A DNA stretch of 64,000 bases from Dirinaria sp. TL-2023a (GCA_051941275.1 JAVEBF010000006.1:1-64000); one strand, 5' to 3'. Counted from the first letter of the stretch, positions 23,401-36,289 are shown. Numbers and translations: made by a program. Notes: a model not told the origin generated them from the sequence alone.

Positions 23401-26400
23401 GTTTAAACTGATCGCAGTGCCCAAGAAACAACCTAAGAATATCTGCCGAACAGTCAATGTTGTGGCAAGCAGCCACCATGGTTTCATCGTCCAATTCGCG
23501 AGTTTGCATACGAGATAGTAGGATTTGTAAACTGTCGGCCTTTTTACACTCACGGCCTACTTTCCGCAGGATGCTGTTTGTTGTTACAAATTGTGGAGCT
23601 TTGGCAAGAATGGTCTCCAACATCCGAACACTGCAGTGCGGATTGAGGGCAGCCGCGCAGACGAGATCATCGTCAATTTTGGCACTGCTGGTTTGGCTCA
23701 TGAGATACTCTATTACCTCTACGTTTGGACTACCTGCGGCTGCACACTGGCAGGCACTGTCGATCCATGTTATAGGATTTGGAAAAGAGCTTCTTAGGCC
23801 AATAAGAACCTGCACTGTTGTCAAATGGCCATAATAAGCAGCAACCTCTATGGGAGTAAAGCCCATGTGATTTTCCATATCAAGAGAATTCGAGTATGTC
23901 CGTTCGATCTGCGGTAAAAGCTCTGGGAACCCATGCGTGCAGATAAAGAATATAGGATGAGGTGGACTGGAAAGACAAGAATCATTCTTTTCGCGAACCC
24001 AGCCGTCCCACGTACGTGATCTAAATAACTCTTCAATCCAGTGAGTGTAGTAAGACTTTTCGCCACCAACACCTAGGAATCGATATAGTAGATATTGAAG
24101 CCGACCACTCAGTCTGCGTTGGTTCGCCTTCGCGCAATGCGTAGGCCAATGCAATAGAGCATACTTGTAAAATTCTGGTAGGAAGATTTTCTTCGAGGCA
24201 TCGTTATCCTCATTAACTGCTACAACAATTCCATTTCGATCCACATAATTGTTGCCATACAGAAGGCATCTGAGACACAATTCAGCAGCGATAGCATTTG
24301 AAGCATCTGCTGAGAATCTTTCATCGTGTTCTAAAAATTCTCTCACGGATAAGTGAGCAAATCTGAATATGCCGGATTCCTCGTCAAAGACTATGAGACT
24401 CTGCGACATTCGAATTATCTGCGACTTCCTCAATCGATCGATTGGGTTATCTTGACAGATGGATGAGGCCTCCTGCATAATCTTGAGAGTCATGGAATCC
24501 TCTGCACAGATTAGCAGCTTCAATGTAGTTTCCATCACGACACGGGTAGTGGATCCAGAGCGTCCAAGCCTTTCAATTATTCTCGAGTAAGTAGCCTCAA
24601 GAGTCGGTGGTAGTTTCTCTAGAGCTTCCTCAACATCCTCGGCACAATATATATAACGAGCGTCACAGATGGCTGCTACTTGAAGCTCAATCCAGCGAAA
24701 CCTAGAATAGTTAGACATGATCTTCGTGGAATACTGATTCACTAGGTGTGTGCTCACATCCCATTTGCTTTTTGGACAAGGACATCTTCGACCTTTGCTT
24801 TGAGTGCATCCCTAGCTTGCCCCATGAGTAAGTGATTGTTAATCTCCTGCACTACGTATCGTCGAATATCATCGGCGTTGTCCTTAGCCTCGATGTAGAG
24901 GTTCTCTACACCACCGAAGTAACCCAATATGTCGGGTTCATTTCTACTAGAAACTAGGAGCTTGACTACGGTCCGTTGAGGCTGAACAAGTCTCTTGAGA
25001 AAGCGAAACATTCTCGCTCGCCTCCGTATGTCTATCTCGTCAAGTGCATCCAGAACTATAGTTACGTGATCGTAGTGATCTCGGATTAGCTCGAGGGCGA
25101 GATTTTCAATTTGATCCAATGTCAAACCAACGGCTCGACTTCCCATTTCCTTGTCCTGCCTATACTTCTTTATTATAGGTGGTTTGATTGGAAGGCCTCG
25201 GATGGGTGACGCAAGCTGCTGAAGGAGACATCTGGTGATACACTCAGGATCTTCACGCTCATGGTGGCCGGAAGTGCGGGAACAGTGAAAGTAAGCGATG
25301 ACTTCGCCCTCATCGAGCAGCGACTCGGGTGCAAGGCGACTGATTACCTTCGCCCTTAACTCAAGTCAGTAATTCCAAAGCAGCTTGATAAGTTGACACA
25401 CATTAAAGAGCTTTTGCCTGTCCCAGCTGTCATCACTAATTAGTTCTACCCAAGTGAACTCTAAGTAAGATGATGCTCAGCTTACCATCTCCGCGAAGCC
25501 ATAAAAGTGACGACTCAGGAGCCATCTTCCATTGTATAAATTCCTTCTTCTCAAAGAACTAGTCCCTAGTTTCAAGCATCACTCGCTTAAAGATATCGAG
25601 ATATGGACTTCGATAATCACTAGCAGAGACCCAGTCCAAGATAGCTTCTCGCTCTTCGCTTCTAAGTCGGTCGTTATACTGTGAAATCAGTTCGCGTGTT
25701 AGGAGGAATTGCTTGTTAGCTGCTTGCTTGAGTGCCGAAGACTCGTATCTCTGGATTTCGGTCTCATGGTTAAAGATGTCTTGAAGAAGTTCTTTCATTC
25801 TGTCAACAGAGAAGGCCCTGTTGGCGAAGCGGCTTGCTGCATCTCGCGAGTAAAATAATTGTACATTAAGTAAGAAGTTTAACAAACTTCGATAGAGCTT
25901 TTCTAGAGATGATTCTAGCCCGAGGCGAAGAGCATCGTCCACAGGGGGCGTGCCGCGGAGATAAACTTCCTCAAAAGCAGCATACCTAAAGATTAAGCGC
26001 GATGAAGATGCTAGACCCTCTAGAATCAAGACATCATGCTCATGACTATTTGTGATTAACTATAACACTGTCATTTCACGTATATCATGAACGTTGGGCT
26101 CTTTGACTTACGAGAAGAGCGAGACGTATCGCTGCCCAGGGTACGCCAAAGTGTAGCGGATCAATTTGGGAAGCGATGTCTCCGACACTGACAAACTTTT
26201 GGACAGACTTGGCTATGGAGCCATAGATATGACCAAGTTTGACAAGTCCACGACTAGTCGATTTCCCTTTTTCATCTTTGCACTTCGCTTGCTTGTGCTC
26301 TGCGGCTCGCAGGACCTCCTGGCATATCTTCAATTCCGAAGATATAACAGACGGCTCGCCGAGGAAAGAGGATCTATCTCTTTCGATGTCGTCCCGTACA

Positions 26401-26748
26401 CGACGTGCTGCAGCCTTCAGTTCGTCAAACTCGGCAGCGACCAGTTCCCGGTCGCAAATATCATCCCATAGACTGTGAGGACTAAAATTAGTAATGAATC
26501 ACTGTAAACACGGCCAAGAAACCACTTCTAAGGCTCCATTATCTTTACCTTCGTCGTACGCAGCCATCCGGCACGGCCAGGCTCGCAGTGGAAGTTTCAG
26601 TCTCCAGGAGTGGTTGGGACGAGGCCTGGGCGTTGAGTGTGACCTTCTCTGGGCTTCTAGACCGCGAGAACCCGAGCTTGTCGAAGATCCTTTTTCGGCG
26701 TAGACCAGACATTGCACTAGTGTCTTGGAATCGATGATGGTACGGCAT
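20448..26748 (-). pseudogene. NLR-like gene: N-terminal helical domain, NACHT, ~31-aa helical repeats, ankyrins, ZZ zinc finger; one premature stop
   Basis: KFVSVGDIASQIDPLHFGVPWAAIR; Walker A WLRGD-AGTGKS split by an intron; Walker B IVLDALDE; VKLLVSSR; FRWIELQ; FAHLSVREFL; ankyrins (GWTPLHWAARKG); last exon YTCNTCEGFSLCCRC...H...HVF. In-frame TAG at 25559-25561. Confidence 0.85.
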
Positions 26749-26872
26749 AATGTTCGTTAAAGAATGGTGTGGCTTGATCAAGCGCAATTGTCTAGATACA
26801 CGTGATCTGACACCCGTGATAAGCAGCCAATTATCTAATCGCGCAGCCGCCACTCGCCGTGAAACCCACTAG

Positions 26873-27761
26873 AGGCGGAGCCCAAAGCGGCCACAACAAC
26901 AGCGGCGCCAGTACTCGAATCGGACTATTATTCGACTACCACTACAAACAGAAACGGATACCTACACAACTAAAGAAGTAGCTTTCCCATCGAGTGTTCC
27001 ACCAGTATATGAAGCTCACCCTACAGCTATTGTTGGAGATGTGAACGGTTCTCCAGAATCTTATGATGACAATTATTTTGGGCTGCAGCTTCCTTTCCCT
27101 ATGCAGATTTTTGACCAGTCGTCCAACTATATCTATGTGACGACTAACGGCGTAAGTCCTCTAGACTTCCTCTTGCGATTATTTACCAAAAAATGTGTTC
27201 ATAGATCCTTTCGTTTCAAGGGACGGACGACTGCTATTCCGAACCCCTCTGTACAGAGAATATTCCTGCCTATTCGGTCTGTGGCTTTTGGGATGACACT
27301 TATATCGAACGGGGGCAGCCCCAGGGTATTTACTACGAGATTGACAACAGTATCGTAGCGTTCGAATATTACCTCGAGCACTGCTGCGGAAGGGGAGACT
27401 ACTATCATTATCTCATAATCTACGATTCGAGTCATCCCGGTATCTTCACATTCAGGTACCTACAGATTAGTGATGGGGGAGAGTATGCGACAGTCGGGGC
27501 CCAGGGAGGTATGATGTCTACTTTCGTTCCAAATTTAAGACACTCTTGATCACACGAGAATACTGATGCGAGTCACTTCCAGCGCCTAATGACTATCTTC
27601 AATATTCGTACCAATGTCCTGGAGCCATCACCAACGGCACGGTTGTCACATTCGATACAGTCGGCCGGACTATGTCGCCTGCTAATCCGCCATTCTGCGG
27701 ATCCTCCAGCACCCAAAACGGTGATCCTGCCCCTCTGAAGGGCTTCGGAGCAGGCTACTAG
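26873..27761 (+). pseudogene. 5'-damaged gene for an extracellular-type beta-rich protein with a Thr-rich linker
   Basis: Spliced reading SYDDNYFGLQLPFPMQIFDQSSNYIYVTTNG|ILSF...VCGFWDDTYI...GIYYEI...DGGEYATVGAQG|...TFDT with two canonical introns. There is no in-frame ATG or signal peptide upstream of the domain (TAG at 26870) and an apparent frameshift near 26945. Confidence 0.6.
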
Positions 27762-28350
27762 TCGTCTTTGGGAAGCATGCGGGCTTCGAGAAGAAAGGCT
27801 TCGCTTTGAGATGTTTATATTTGTGGAGAAGACGTTTGCTTCGTTCTTGACTATATATCCTGAAGGCTCGAATGATAGTGTGTACTGCCCCATTTCCAGT
27901 ATCCCCTCTTGTCGCCTTGCAAGTCGAAAGACCTATCTCGATCTCGTTTTATTGCTCGTGAAAAGGTCAAATATTGCGATATTGGAAGCTTCTAGCCGTC
28001 ATGGATGCTTACTCCGAGGTTATTCGAGGTTTCCGCCACAGCTAGCTACAACCCTACTTCTGACGCTCGGTGAACGCCCCCGGCAAACTCTAGATGAAAC
28101 CCCAGTTTTGAGATCGCCCGTTGAGTAGCTCAAATTTAATCTTCAAGGAGTGTCAACAAAGATGAAATTAGTTCTTGCCGGTGGCTGCGATATGGGGGCA
28201 GGCGTGGGGCGTATCGCAATCTAATTGCTTGTTCTTTGCAGGCGGCTGCTCCTTCTTTGCATAGAAACAAAGCAAGCACCATGGAACGCAAAATCCATAA
28301 TTCTTCTCTTCCTCAGGCCAACTCTGATCTGTTCCTTCTCTTCCTCAGGC

Positions 28351-29097
28351 CTAACTCTCATCTGTTCCATTTCTCCCTATTGTCAGGGTTCCATTCACGC
28401 CCCCAAGTCCATTGTCATCAGTCTCCCAGTTGATTCTCATAATGCTACTCTCTGGCACCACTAAGACTGCAATTTGTTCTGAAACTTGGATCCACCCGCC
28501 AGTGGAATGATCTCTCACACAACCAGAGACCACGCCGAGACCCTTAGCGATGATTTCTCGCCAAGTGGAAGGGCAGAAGGGTTGGTTGCGCCTGGGGTCA
28601 TAAGTTTGGGACCCACCAATGGGCAGAACAGTGCTGGAAAAGTCCACAAGCATGCGGACGATGACGGTACAGTCGCCTATACAATCATAGTATCAGTCAG
28701 CTCCAGGCGTGTGATGACTATCTGGTTTCCTGGTGCTCTCTTTGCAGAAAGAAAAAATATTGGACCCACCTGCAGATTCATGGTCTGGTAGTTTCCGCGA
28801 GTAAGGTAGTGGAATTGGTGGCGGTCCCGGTCCCCAGGTGGCACTAACGAACACCAGCGGAGTCATGATAGGCACTCTTTCTACCAAGTGTCGGAACGCG
28901 ATTCGGCAATCCTCGTTGTCGATATTGCCTCTCCACTGGGGCCATTGGGTGCCTGAGACGCAGATTGGTTGAGCGTTTGTTGAAAGGGACAGCGAAGGCT
29001 TCAAAGAAGCGAGAGGTGCAGATGGATTGACGACGAGTCCGCTAACGAGAGATGAAATGGAGAGGAATAGAGCAGTGCCGATCGTGGAGTGGTGCAT
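28351..29097 (-). CDS. Small secreted Cys-containing protein (Ecp2/KP4-like spacing), 2 exons
   Basis: Signal peptide MHHSTIGTALFLSISSLVSG; PICV...EDCRIAF...G|DCTVIV...TWREII...GCV...TGGW; canonical intron. Confidence 0.75.
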
Positions 29098-29781
29098 CTC
29101 GAGACAACATGGACAGGTGAAGCAACTGTCGCACAATCCTTCTTGAACAGCTCATGGGATAGGCACAAGCAGGCTATGATGTATTATATATGCTCGCAAT
29201 AGAGAGGCTGTGTAGAATGCCCAATATACAAGATGATTGCGGATAGAAGATACAAACCATAGTCGGATAGCGCTTGATGCTCCCGTCGCGACTGTCGCCT
29301 CCAAGGACGGGAGACCACTCCTATTTGAGCTATTCGTGGGGTGCCCACCTGTAGCGCTGCAATAACACCATTTTGAGGGACAATAATGATTCGCGGCGGG
29401 GATAATTACTGTTTCCTTGTGAACTAAGCCTCCGAACACTATAGTCTTGAGATAAGTCTTAACAGATCTGCTCTGATTAGCTCTTTGATAAATCCTAGAC
29501 TGCTACTATGTAGATCTATAGTGATCTATCTCGCGCTTCAATAGCATGCAAATTGCCGTAACGTCTTTGACAATCACGGTGCGGGATCTCGTGGTCATAT
29601 GTGCGAAGATCTTGAGCTAAACTCGATTAGATGAAGCGTCACTCAAGAATACAAGCCGAATCCTTCACACAATATCTAAAAATCGTTATCTGCGAAGTCT
29701 TAGATTCGATCCCGGAATTGAAGACGTCCCCTCGGTCCAGGTATATTAGATGTCCTTGTTAAGTGCTTCTCCCTAAGCAGC

Positions 29782-32199
29782 ATGGACAATCTACCTACGG
29801 TGACCGATGCAAGAACATCGCTTATGCCTGTTCCTTGTGTTTGTGATCCGTACTCAATCGATGATGATTTATTCGACACCTTCCCGGAACGGCGCGGCTA
29901 TCGACTTGTGTCACAAGATGGCTTCCCCAAGTTCATCCTGAATGCAGACGGCTCACGACTTACTTCCGAGCAGCTTGCAAACATTGCGCAAGCATGGCTA
30001 TTCTTCGACTTCCTGGCAGCGTTCTTCAGAGCTAGCGGGATCTCAATTGACCCTAATGACTTTGTTCAACGTGAAGGAGCTTACAAATTCATTACCATGC
30101 GCTCGCTATCCAGTTATCTAGATCGCTGGAGCAGAGCAAACGCTCAGCGCTCGAAGCAAATAATAAAAGAGCATTACCGAGAGCAGCAGAGAATCATCAC
30201 GCTCAGTACGGTTTTTCGATATCACCAAATTTCCGACAATTGGTTTCATGACTCGGACTCATGGTCAACGGTTGTTGAGCCGCTCGAAGAGCGCTATAAG
30301 ATGACTATACCGTTGTCGATCGAGCTTTCAATCGCCATACTACAAGAGACACTTGATCGTGCAAGTCGGCAATTCCGCGGTATCAGGCATGATTTGGGTG
30401 ATGGAGAATTCCTTTGCAAAGGGCTGATGGAGAGCCTGCGTGAAGATGGCTGGTGCCCAAGTGAGAGGTCGCTGATACTACAGATGTTTGCGGACACATC
30501 GGCATTTTTTGCAAGTCGACTTGAGAGATTGAGAACAAGGGCCAATCACACAGACTGCACCACCAATAAATGCTTCGCTTTCAACATCAATGTAGACGAA
30601 TATAAAACTCAGCATACGAAAGAATGTAAGGGGTGCACTGATGTGGGCATCTCTCATGATGCATTGGCTGAGATGCTTCGTCTGGGAAAGACACCGCGCG
30701 TGAGAGTCGATATGAAAGGTGGTGATGCCGGCATAGAACTCATGCTGGCAGATTCCGGCCCTTATGTCGCAATTTCCCATGTTTGGTCAGACGGTCTGGG
30801 AAATGCTACCGCTAATGCGCTACCGTCTTGCCAACTACTCCGTCTTGGCAAGATGGTCATGGATTTGGGGATCGAATTCGATCAAGGTCTCCCACAATTA
30901 TGGATTGACTCGCTCCTGGTCCCAGCGAAGAAGGGTGTCGAGAAAAGGTGGGCCCTAAATAGACTCTCGCAATATTATACAGAAGCTACCAAGGTCTTAG
31001 TCCTTGATGCGGATCTGCTTCAGGCTTCAAAATACTCCTCTCAAGAAGAGCAAATGACTCGGCTCTTCTTCTGTACCTGGATGAGGAGACTTTGGACTCT
31101 GGAAGAAGGCATTTTAAGTCGTGATAGGCTTGCGTTCCAATTCCGCGATGGCGCAATCAATATGGATCAGCTTTCGTTCAAAAGCACAGTTTCCGATCGC
31201 CTTGATAATATCGGAAATAATCTGTACAGTGCTCTAGGGATCTTTCTTCCAGATTTAGCTAGCCAACACCAACAAGGTCCTAAAGAAACCCAAAAAGAGT
31301 CAAATACTTTAATTGACCTTCTCCCCGTCCTTCAATATCGTTCCACGACCAAAGCCGCGGATGAAACTATCTGCATCTCACACATACTCCGTCTAGACGT
31401 GTCGACATTGACTTGCATTGAGGAAGCTGATCTCCGCATGAAAGAGCTTTTCAGGCTCCTGGGGGAACAGAAGACCTTGTTTCCACGTCGTCTTCTATTC
31501 ACCAACGAGCCAAAGTTACAGTTTGATGGGACTCAATGGGCTCCTGCGTCATTCATGTCTTTCGACCGCGAAGATGTTCGGTATCTTGTACAGAGTTCCT
31601 CTGAGGATCGTAGCTTTTACTGCATCGATAAAGGTCTTTTAGTCGACGCATTGGATGGTGTCATGCTTGATTTTGGTCAAGAGGTCTTCAAAAAAATTAC
31701 ATTTGTTGAGATTGGAAAGATCATATACGCCCTAACCCCAACACCGATTGGAGAAAACTGTCGAGAACGAAAAAGATGGTGGAGTATGGAACAGCAAGAG
31801 CGAACATTGAGTCCTGACTCGGCGCGTAATTGGAGCCTTGGATGTCAGGAACTGTTGGGACAAAGCCCGCGCCGAACCGCTCTCGTATACGAATCTACAG
31901 AGTCGGCGTTATTAGTCTATATCCATTCCACCGAGCGACTGTCCGACGAAATAAACGACGTTTTACTCTATGCAAGACCCATCAGTCGTTTCTATATGCA
32001 GGAGCTCAAAGTACGTGGTCAGAATTATCCAATAGCCGGAGCGGACGCCGATATAATCAATTTTATAACTCCAAATTGGGATTTTGAGCGGATCGAAGTG
32101 CAGATGCAGGAGGAATTGAGAAACTTTCATGATCCTGCAACCTCGACGTTCTTGCATGGTAAGAGCGTTGATCGATCACAGCGATGGTGCATTGGTTAA
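29782..32199 (+). CDS. HET-domain protein, 805 aa, intronless
   Basis: AQAWLFF, GWCPS, HTDCTTNKC, YVAISHVWSDGLGN, LWIDSLLVP, WMRRLWTLEEG, RSTTKAADETIC. Confidence 0.9.
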   Translation: MDNLPTVTDARTSLMPVPCVCDPYSIDDDLFDTFPERRGYRLVSQDGFPKFILNADGSRLTSEQLANIAQAWLFFDFLAAFFRASGISIDPNDFVQREGAYKFITMRSLSSYLDRWSRANAQRSKQIIKEHYREQQRIITLSTVFRYHQISDNWFHDSDSWSTVVEPLEERYKMTIPLSIELSIAILQETLDRASRQFRGIRHDLGDGEFLCKGLMESLREDGWCPSERSLILQMFADTSAFFASRLERLRTRANHTDCTTNKCFAFNINVDEYKTQHTKECKGCTDVGISHDALAEMLRLGKTPRVRVDMKGGDAGIELMLADSGPYVAISHVWSDGLGNATANALPSCQLLRLGKMVMDLGIEFDQGLPQLWIDSLLVPAKKGVEKRWALNRLSQYYTEATKVLVLDADLLQASKYSSQEEQMTRLFFCTWMRRLWTLEEGILSRDRLAFQFRDGAINMDQLSFKSTVSDRLDNIGNNLYSALGIFLPDLASQHQQGPKETQKESNTLIDLLPVLQYRSTTKAADETICISHILRLDVSTLTCIEEADLRMKELFRLLGEQKTLFPRRLLFTNEPKLQFDGTQWAPASFMSFDREDVRYLVQSSSEDRSFYCIDKGLLVDALDGVMLDFGQEVFKKITFVEIGKIIYALTPTPIGENCRERKRWWSMEQQERTLSPDSARNWSLGCQELLGQSPRRTALVYESTESALLVYIHSTERLSDEINDVLLYARPISRFYMQELKVRGQNYPIAGADADIINFITPNWDFERIEVQMQEELRNFHDPATSTFLHGKSVDRSQRWCIG

Positions 32200-32725
32200 A
32201 GCCATTTCATATTTCAAAGGTTAACATTATCGAATGACTGCTTACCTTCACATGACAGCGTATTCAAGACTTTCTTTTCCCGTGTTATTGTGTGCTGAGT
32301 GGCTTGTGGAACATAAATTTTGTTCGTTTGCGACCAAAGTCTCTGTCGGCTTGACAAATAGACAGTTGCACCTCGTATACGCTCTTTGGTGTTGGCAATC
32401 ATGCTACTATAGTAAGACCTATTACTCGTCCAAGCGGTCTTGAGCAACGTGATCCAAGAATTGGCGGTTCATAAAGTCTGATCGACAAGTCATGCTCTGC
32501 CCCGGATTACCCGCCTAGTGAAGTATCGCCAGGATACTCGAATTCAATCCGCCTGAAGTCGCTGTCTTGTGTGTCTTAATTTGTTCTGCTCAGCTGACCC
32601 AGGAATCTGTTGTCGCAGGTATGTCCACGTATCGTATATACATCATATCCCCGAGTAGCTAGAAATTTCCATGATCGGGACGTTCGTTGCCTAATCTCAT
32701 GAGCCCGGGTTGATTGCCACCACGG

Positions 32726-33379
32726 TTACTCCGTCGCTCGCTGAGGAGGCCACTCAAATACATTCATTCGACAAATAATACTTTTCCTTCCGTAACTCCA
32801 AATCTCCCATTCCCCCTGCATCGCTCCAAACAACCCCAGCAAACTACAATACTCACACAAAGCGAAATAAGTCGTCTCCCTATCCAAGCCACTGTCTACA
32901 GGAGCAATATCCATAAATACACTGTACTCTTCGGCGTGGTCATGGCCCAATGACATATGCTCCAAGTGCCGCTGATTGACCGTGCTAGTTGGAGGGAAAT
33001 TGCGTACCCAGGTGATCATTCGGTTGCAGACTTCGACGGAAAGCCTTTTCGCTGTATCGCCAAGCTCTTTATTTTCGTGCTGTGTTACCATGATGTGAGG
33101 ATCTCCTTTGCGGCGGCCGGGCAGCTCAAAGCGGCATGGAACAGGTGGCCACAATATGTTGCTAGCAGGGTTAGGGGCATGCATAGACGAGATGCTATGT
33201 TGTAAAAGCTTTCTATTTTGAACGTACCTGCCGTTTATCGAGCTAGGTCCTGTAGCCCCGACCAGCGAATGGGATGTGGTTATCTCAGTGTTGTTTGAGC
33301 CTTGAGGTAGGGCAAGCACCGAGGTCCAATCGATACATTGAATTACTAGAAGGCTAGAGACCAAAGTGGTCAGCTGCAT
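32726..33379 (-). CDS. Small secreted protein of unknown function
   Basis: Signal peptide MQLTTLVSSLLVIQCIDWTSVLA; probable in-frame 66-nt intron (GTACGT...CTAAC...TAG); WPPVP motif. Confidence 0.7.
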   Translation of the reverse strand: MQLTTLVSSLLVIQCIDWTSVLALPQGSNNTEITTSHSLVGATGPSSINGRYVQNRKLLQHSISSMHAPNPASNILWPPVPCRFELPGRRKGDPHIMVTQHENKELGDTAKRLSVEVCNRMITWVRNFPPTSTVNQRHLEHMSLGHDHAEEYSVFMDIAPVDSGLDRETTYFALCEYCSLLGLFGAMQGEWEIWSYGRKSIICRMNVFEWPPQRATE

Positions 33380-35725
33380 TGTAGAAAGCCTTTCGGTGGA
33401 TTTAGAGAAGATCGAAAATCTGATTAGTAGCAAGATTGGCAGTGTTGTGTAGAGCTACTGACTTCGGGTCCCAGACTTCTGGTCCCAGGTAGAATTACCA
33501 CTTTTGCGCACGACACGAGAGGGAAAGCTTGATTTAGGAGAGCGCATGTCGCCTCTATGCAATAACCCAGATACCCCACTAGAAGCCAACATTTAAGCGA
33601 GATATTCCCCCGAGATGGTTAATCAATTGAATACTGAAGTATCGCTCGGATCGGCTGCATGCTTCTTATGCCCCTGTTATAAGTCCACAGTCATCCTATT
33701 TGGATCTCCTTCTTCATATTTACAAAACATGGTGCCTCCGTCTGGGTCCTCCACTAGACTTGAGTGAACACGCCTGACCGTGTATTCGGAAACTCAAAGT
33801 CGATCTTTAAGATCCCTTCGAGCAAGATCCAAAGGGTAGCTGAGCACACGTGACTTCCACACAATGCTTATTATCCAGTTGAATACGCGTTCTTAAATGA
33901 GTCGTCAGACCGATGCCGCTGCAGAATTAAAAAAAGAAGCAACTGGGAAAGACAGATGCTGGACTTCATCGAAGCATCAGTATTGTTTTCCTAGAAGCAG
34001 TGGAAGAGGAATCGAATCTAACGGCGAGGACCGAGATCTACAGTCTTCTGCGAGGACACCAGTGCTTTGCAACAAGCCTGAGGTAAATGGCAAGTCTAAA
34101 ATAGTCAAAGGGCCGGGACATCAGCATAAGTCTATAAGAATAATAGCTCGTTCGGGGAACTTTAAGTCTTGTCTTGAGATTGGCAGCCTCGCATGTAGGA
34201 TGTCTCGTTTAATGACTCAGATGTCTTTCAAAGGAATGTGAACGAGGTGTTCGAAGAGACAGGCGATCTACGCTCTCCCGCGATCGCCACAGGCACTTAA
34301 GCGCTGCCTATTTTATGATTTTGTCCTACCTGATCAAGATCTAGCTTCTAACCACGCAAGCGCAGGACCGTTCATGGAATTCCTCGATTCTCATCTTCAT
34401 TTTTGAAGAAATCCCAGGATGCGTTTATATCCTCGAGAGATTGCGGGCTTGACTGCTTAGATTTCAATCTCGGAGCTTCTTCCAGCAAGAATGTCTAGCG
34501 AGCTTTAAGAAGGTCTTTCTATAAAGTCTCCAGGCTACGGCTCATGTGGCTCTGGACGCAGTCCTTCAGATCTGTTCAGTTTTGAAAATTTATTCAGGGC
34601 ATGCGCTGTTGCATCTGAGTAGGAATAGCTCCGTCTGGAGCATCTGGGTAGGGTTGCGACCCGGTATATGTTCAGCGTATTCGCTATGATGATCTCGATG
34701 AACAGAATCCGTGCTTTAAGCGGTGACAAGCGACTTTTGATCTTCCGACATTCAGAGGACTGGTAAGTCATCACATCACTCGAATAAGTTGATTACTTGG
34801 ACGTGCGGAGCAAGATTTTATTGTTTCCAGGGTTTCGTTAAGGACGAACCGTTTTCCATTTTGGAGTACGCCTATGTAAAATCACGAGTCCTGGGCTTCT
34901 TTAGCCTTACATTCGCTGTGCGTAGCTTCCGACTTGTATGTACGCCGCTTGCGCCTCCATTCCTCCGAATCTGACGATCTACGTGCCTAAGGTACGATTT
35001 CTAAAAATTCTTTAGAGTTTGTTTTCCGTTGCGCGCCCCACAAAGAGCGCGGGATGAAACTTCCGGGAAATATGTTTTGACTCGGTTCTCTCAACCATTC
35101 CCTGAGTTCTTAAGACGCTATGGCTGTTCATCGAGCATTCGACAAGTCACGAAGCATTCCTTGACGATAGATCTAAGACAATTTTACGTATCTCCTCTCT
35201 TCGTCCCGTCCAAAATAGCATTCGTCTGAAGTGCGAGCGGTGCGATCCCGTTCTTAGCGATTGGCGGCAATACAAAGTTCTTACGCGCGCCAATCCTCAA
35301 GACGACCCGCATCATTGCCAAGACGACTTGACTCATCGTAAAACATTCCGTTCTTGAGCGATCTCAGACCTCCGGTTAAGCTATTTTGAAGCTGTCTTGA
35401 GACTGATCTCTGATTACTGAATCGTCGCTCAAATATGTAGTCATGAATCATCCGGGCACACTTTTTGACCGTTCCGTCTGGTAAGTATGTTTCAAAATGA
35501 TCCACTTACCTCGATCTGTTCTGCTCCGAGGCAGACTTTCTTGATACTTTGATTAGAGATACAGGACTCAAAAATGCCTATATATACCGTGCATTCTTTT
35601 ATCTGCGAGTCATTCTGTTCATCAAAAACACCGTCATCCATTTCATACTCCTCTGCATCTCGAGCAAGTTGAAAGCATAACCATCATTATCAATTGCCAT
35701 TGATCTTACTCCTTGGATCCCAAAT

Positions 35726-36289
35726 ATGCACCACTTCGTAACAGCCCTCCTCTTCACCAACTTCATCCCCCTCATCATCTCATCCGCCCTCCCCGCTCCA
35801 TTCCAATACAAACAACTTGACCCTCGTGGAGGCTCTGCGAACTCGCACACATGCGATAAAAACGCCGGCAGTGGATTCGCATGCAATGAACAGACCAGTA
35901 TCAGCAACTGCAACGGCGCCGTGGATCAAGTCTGCAAAAGCGTCATGAACGCCAGCGTGGCGACGGTACACAACTTCTGCTACTCCGCCGACTACAACGA
36001 CTGCCACGCGGCCATCTGCCTGCCCATTGGGTGGCAGAAGTACCAGTACTCCCTATGCACCGCAGGATTCCAGGATATCATGGCCGACTGTATTGATCCC
36101 AGCGGGGCAGGGTTCAAGCAGAATCGGCAAGGCGGCAGCAGGAACGTTCACCTCGATGATACGCTGATAGGGTCACAAATCGACTCCAAGCAGCCCAGCT
36201 GGGCCATCGGCGCGAAAAAATGCTTCGAGTCAGGAGCGCATTCCCTCGTTTTCTCTCCCACTGGGGGCGCTGCGGTCGCCGAGCCGTAG
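35726..36289 (+). CDS. Small secreted cysteine-rich protein (10 Cys; Ecp2/KP4-like pattern)
   Basis: Signal peptide MHHFVTALLFTNFIPLIISSALP, propeptide ending LDPR, 10 Cys, IMADCID...QGG motif. TATA-like TATATATA near 35579. Confidence 0.82.
   Translation: MHHFVTALLFTNFIPLIISSALPAPFQYKQLDPRGGSANSHTCDKNAGSGFACNEQTSISNCNGAVDQVCKSVMNASVATVHNFCYSADYNDCHAAICLPIGWQKYQYSLCTAGFQDIMADCIDPSGAGFKQNRQGGSRNVHLDDTLIGSQIDSKQPSWAIGAKKCFESGAHSLVFSPTGGAAVAEP

Noticed and set aside
33167..33177. AGGGTTAGGGG telomere-like motif
   Set aside because: It is the CTAAC branch point of the intron in the minus-strand secreted-protein gene.
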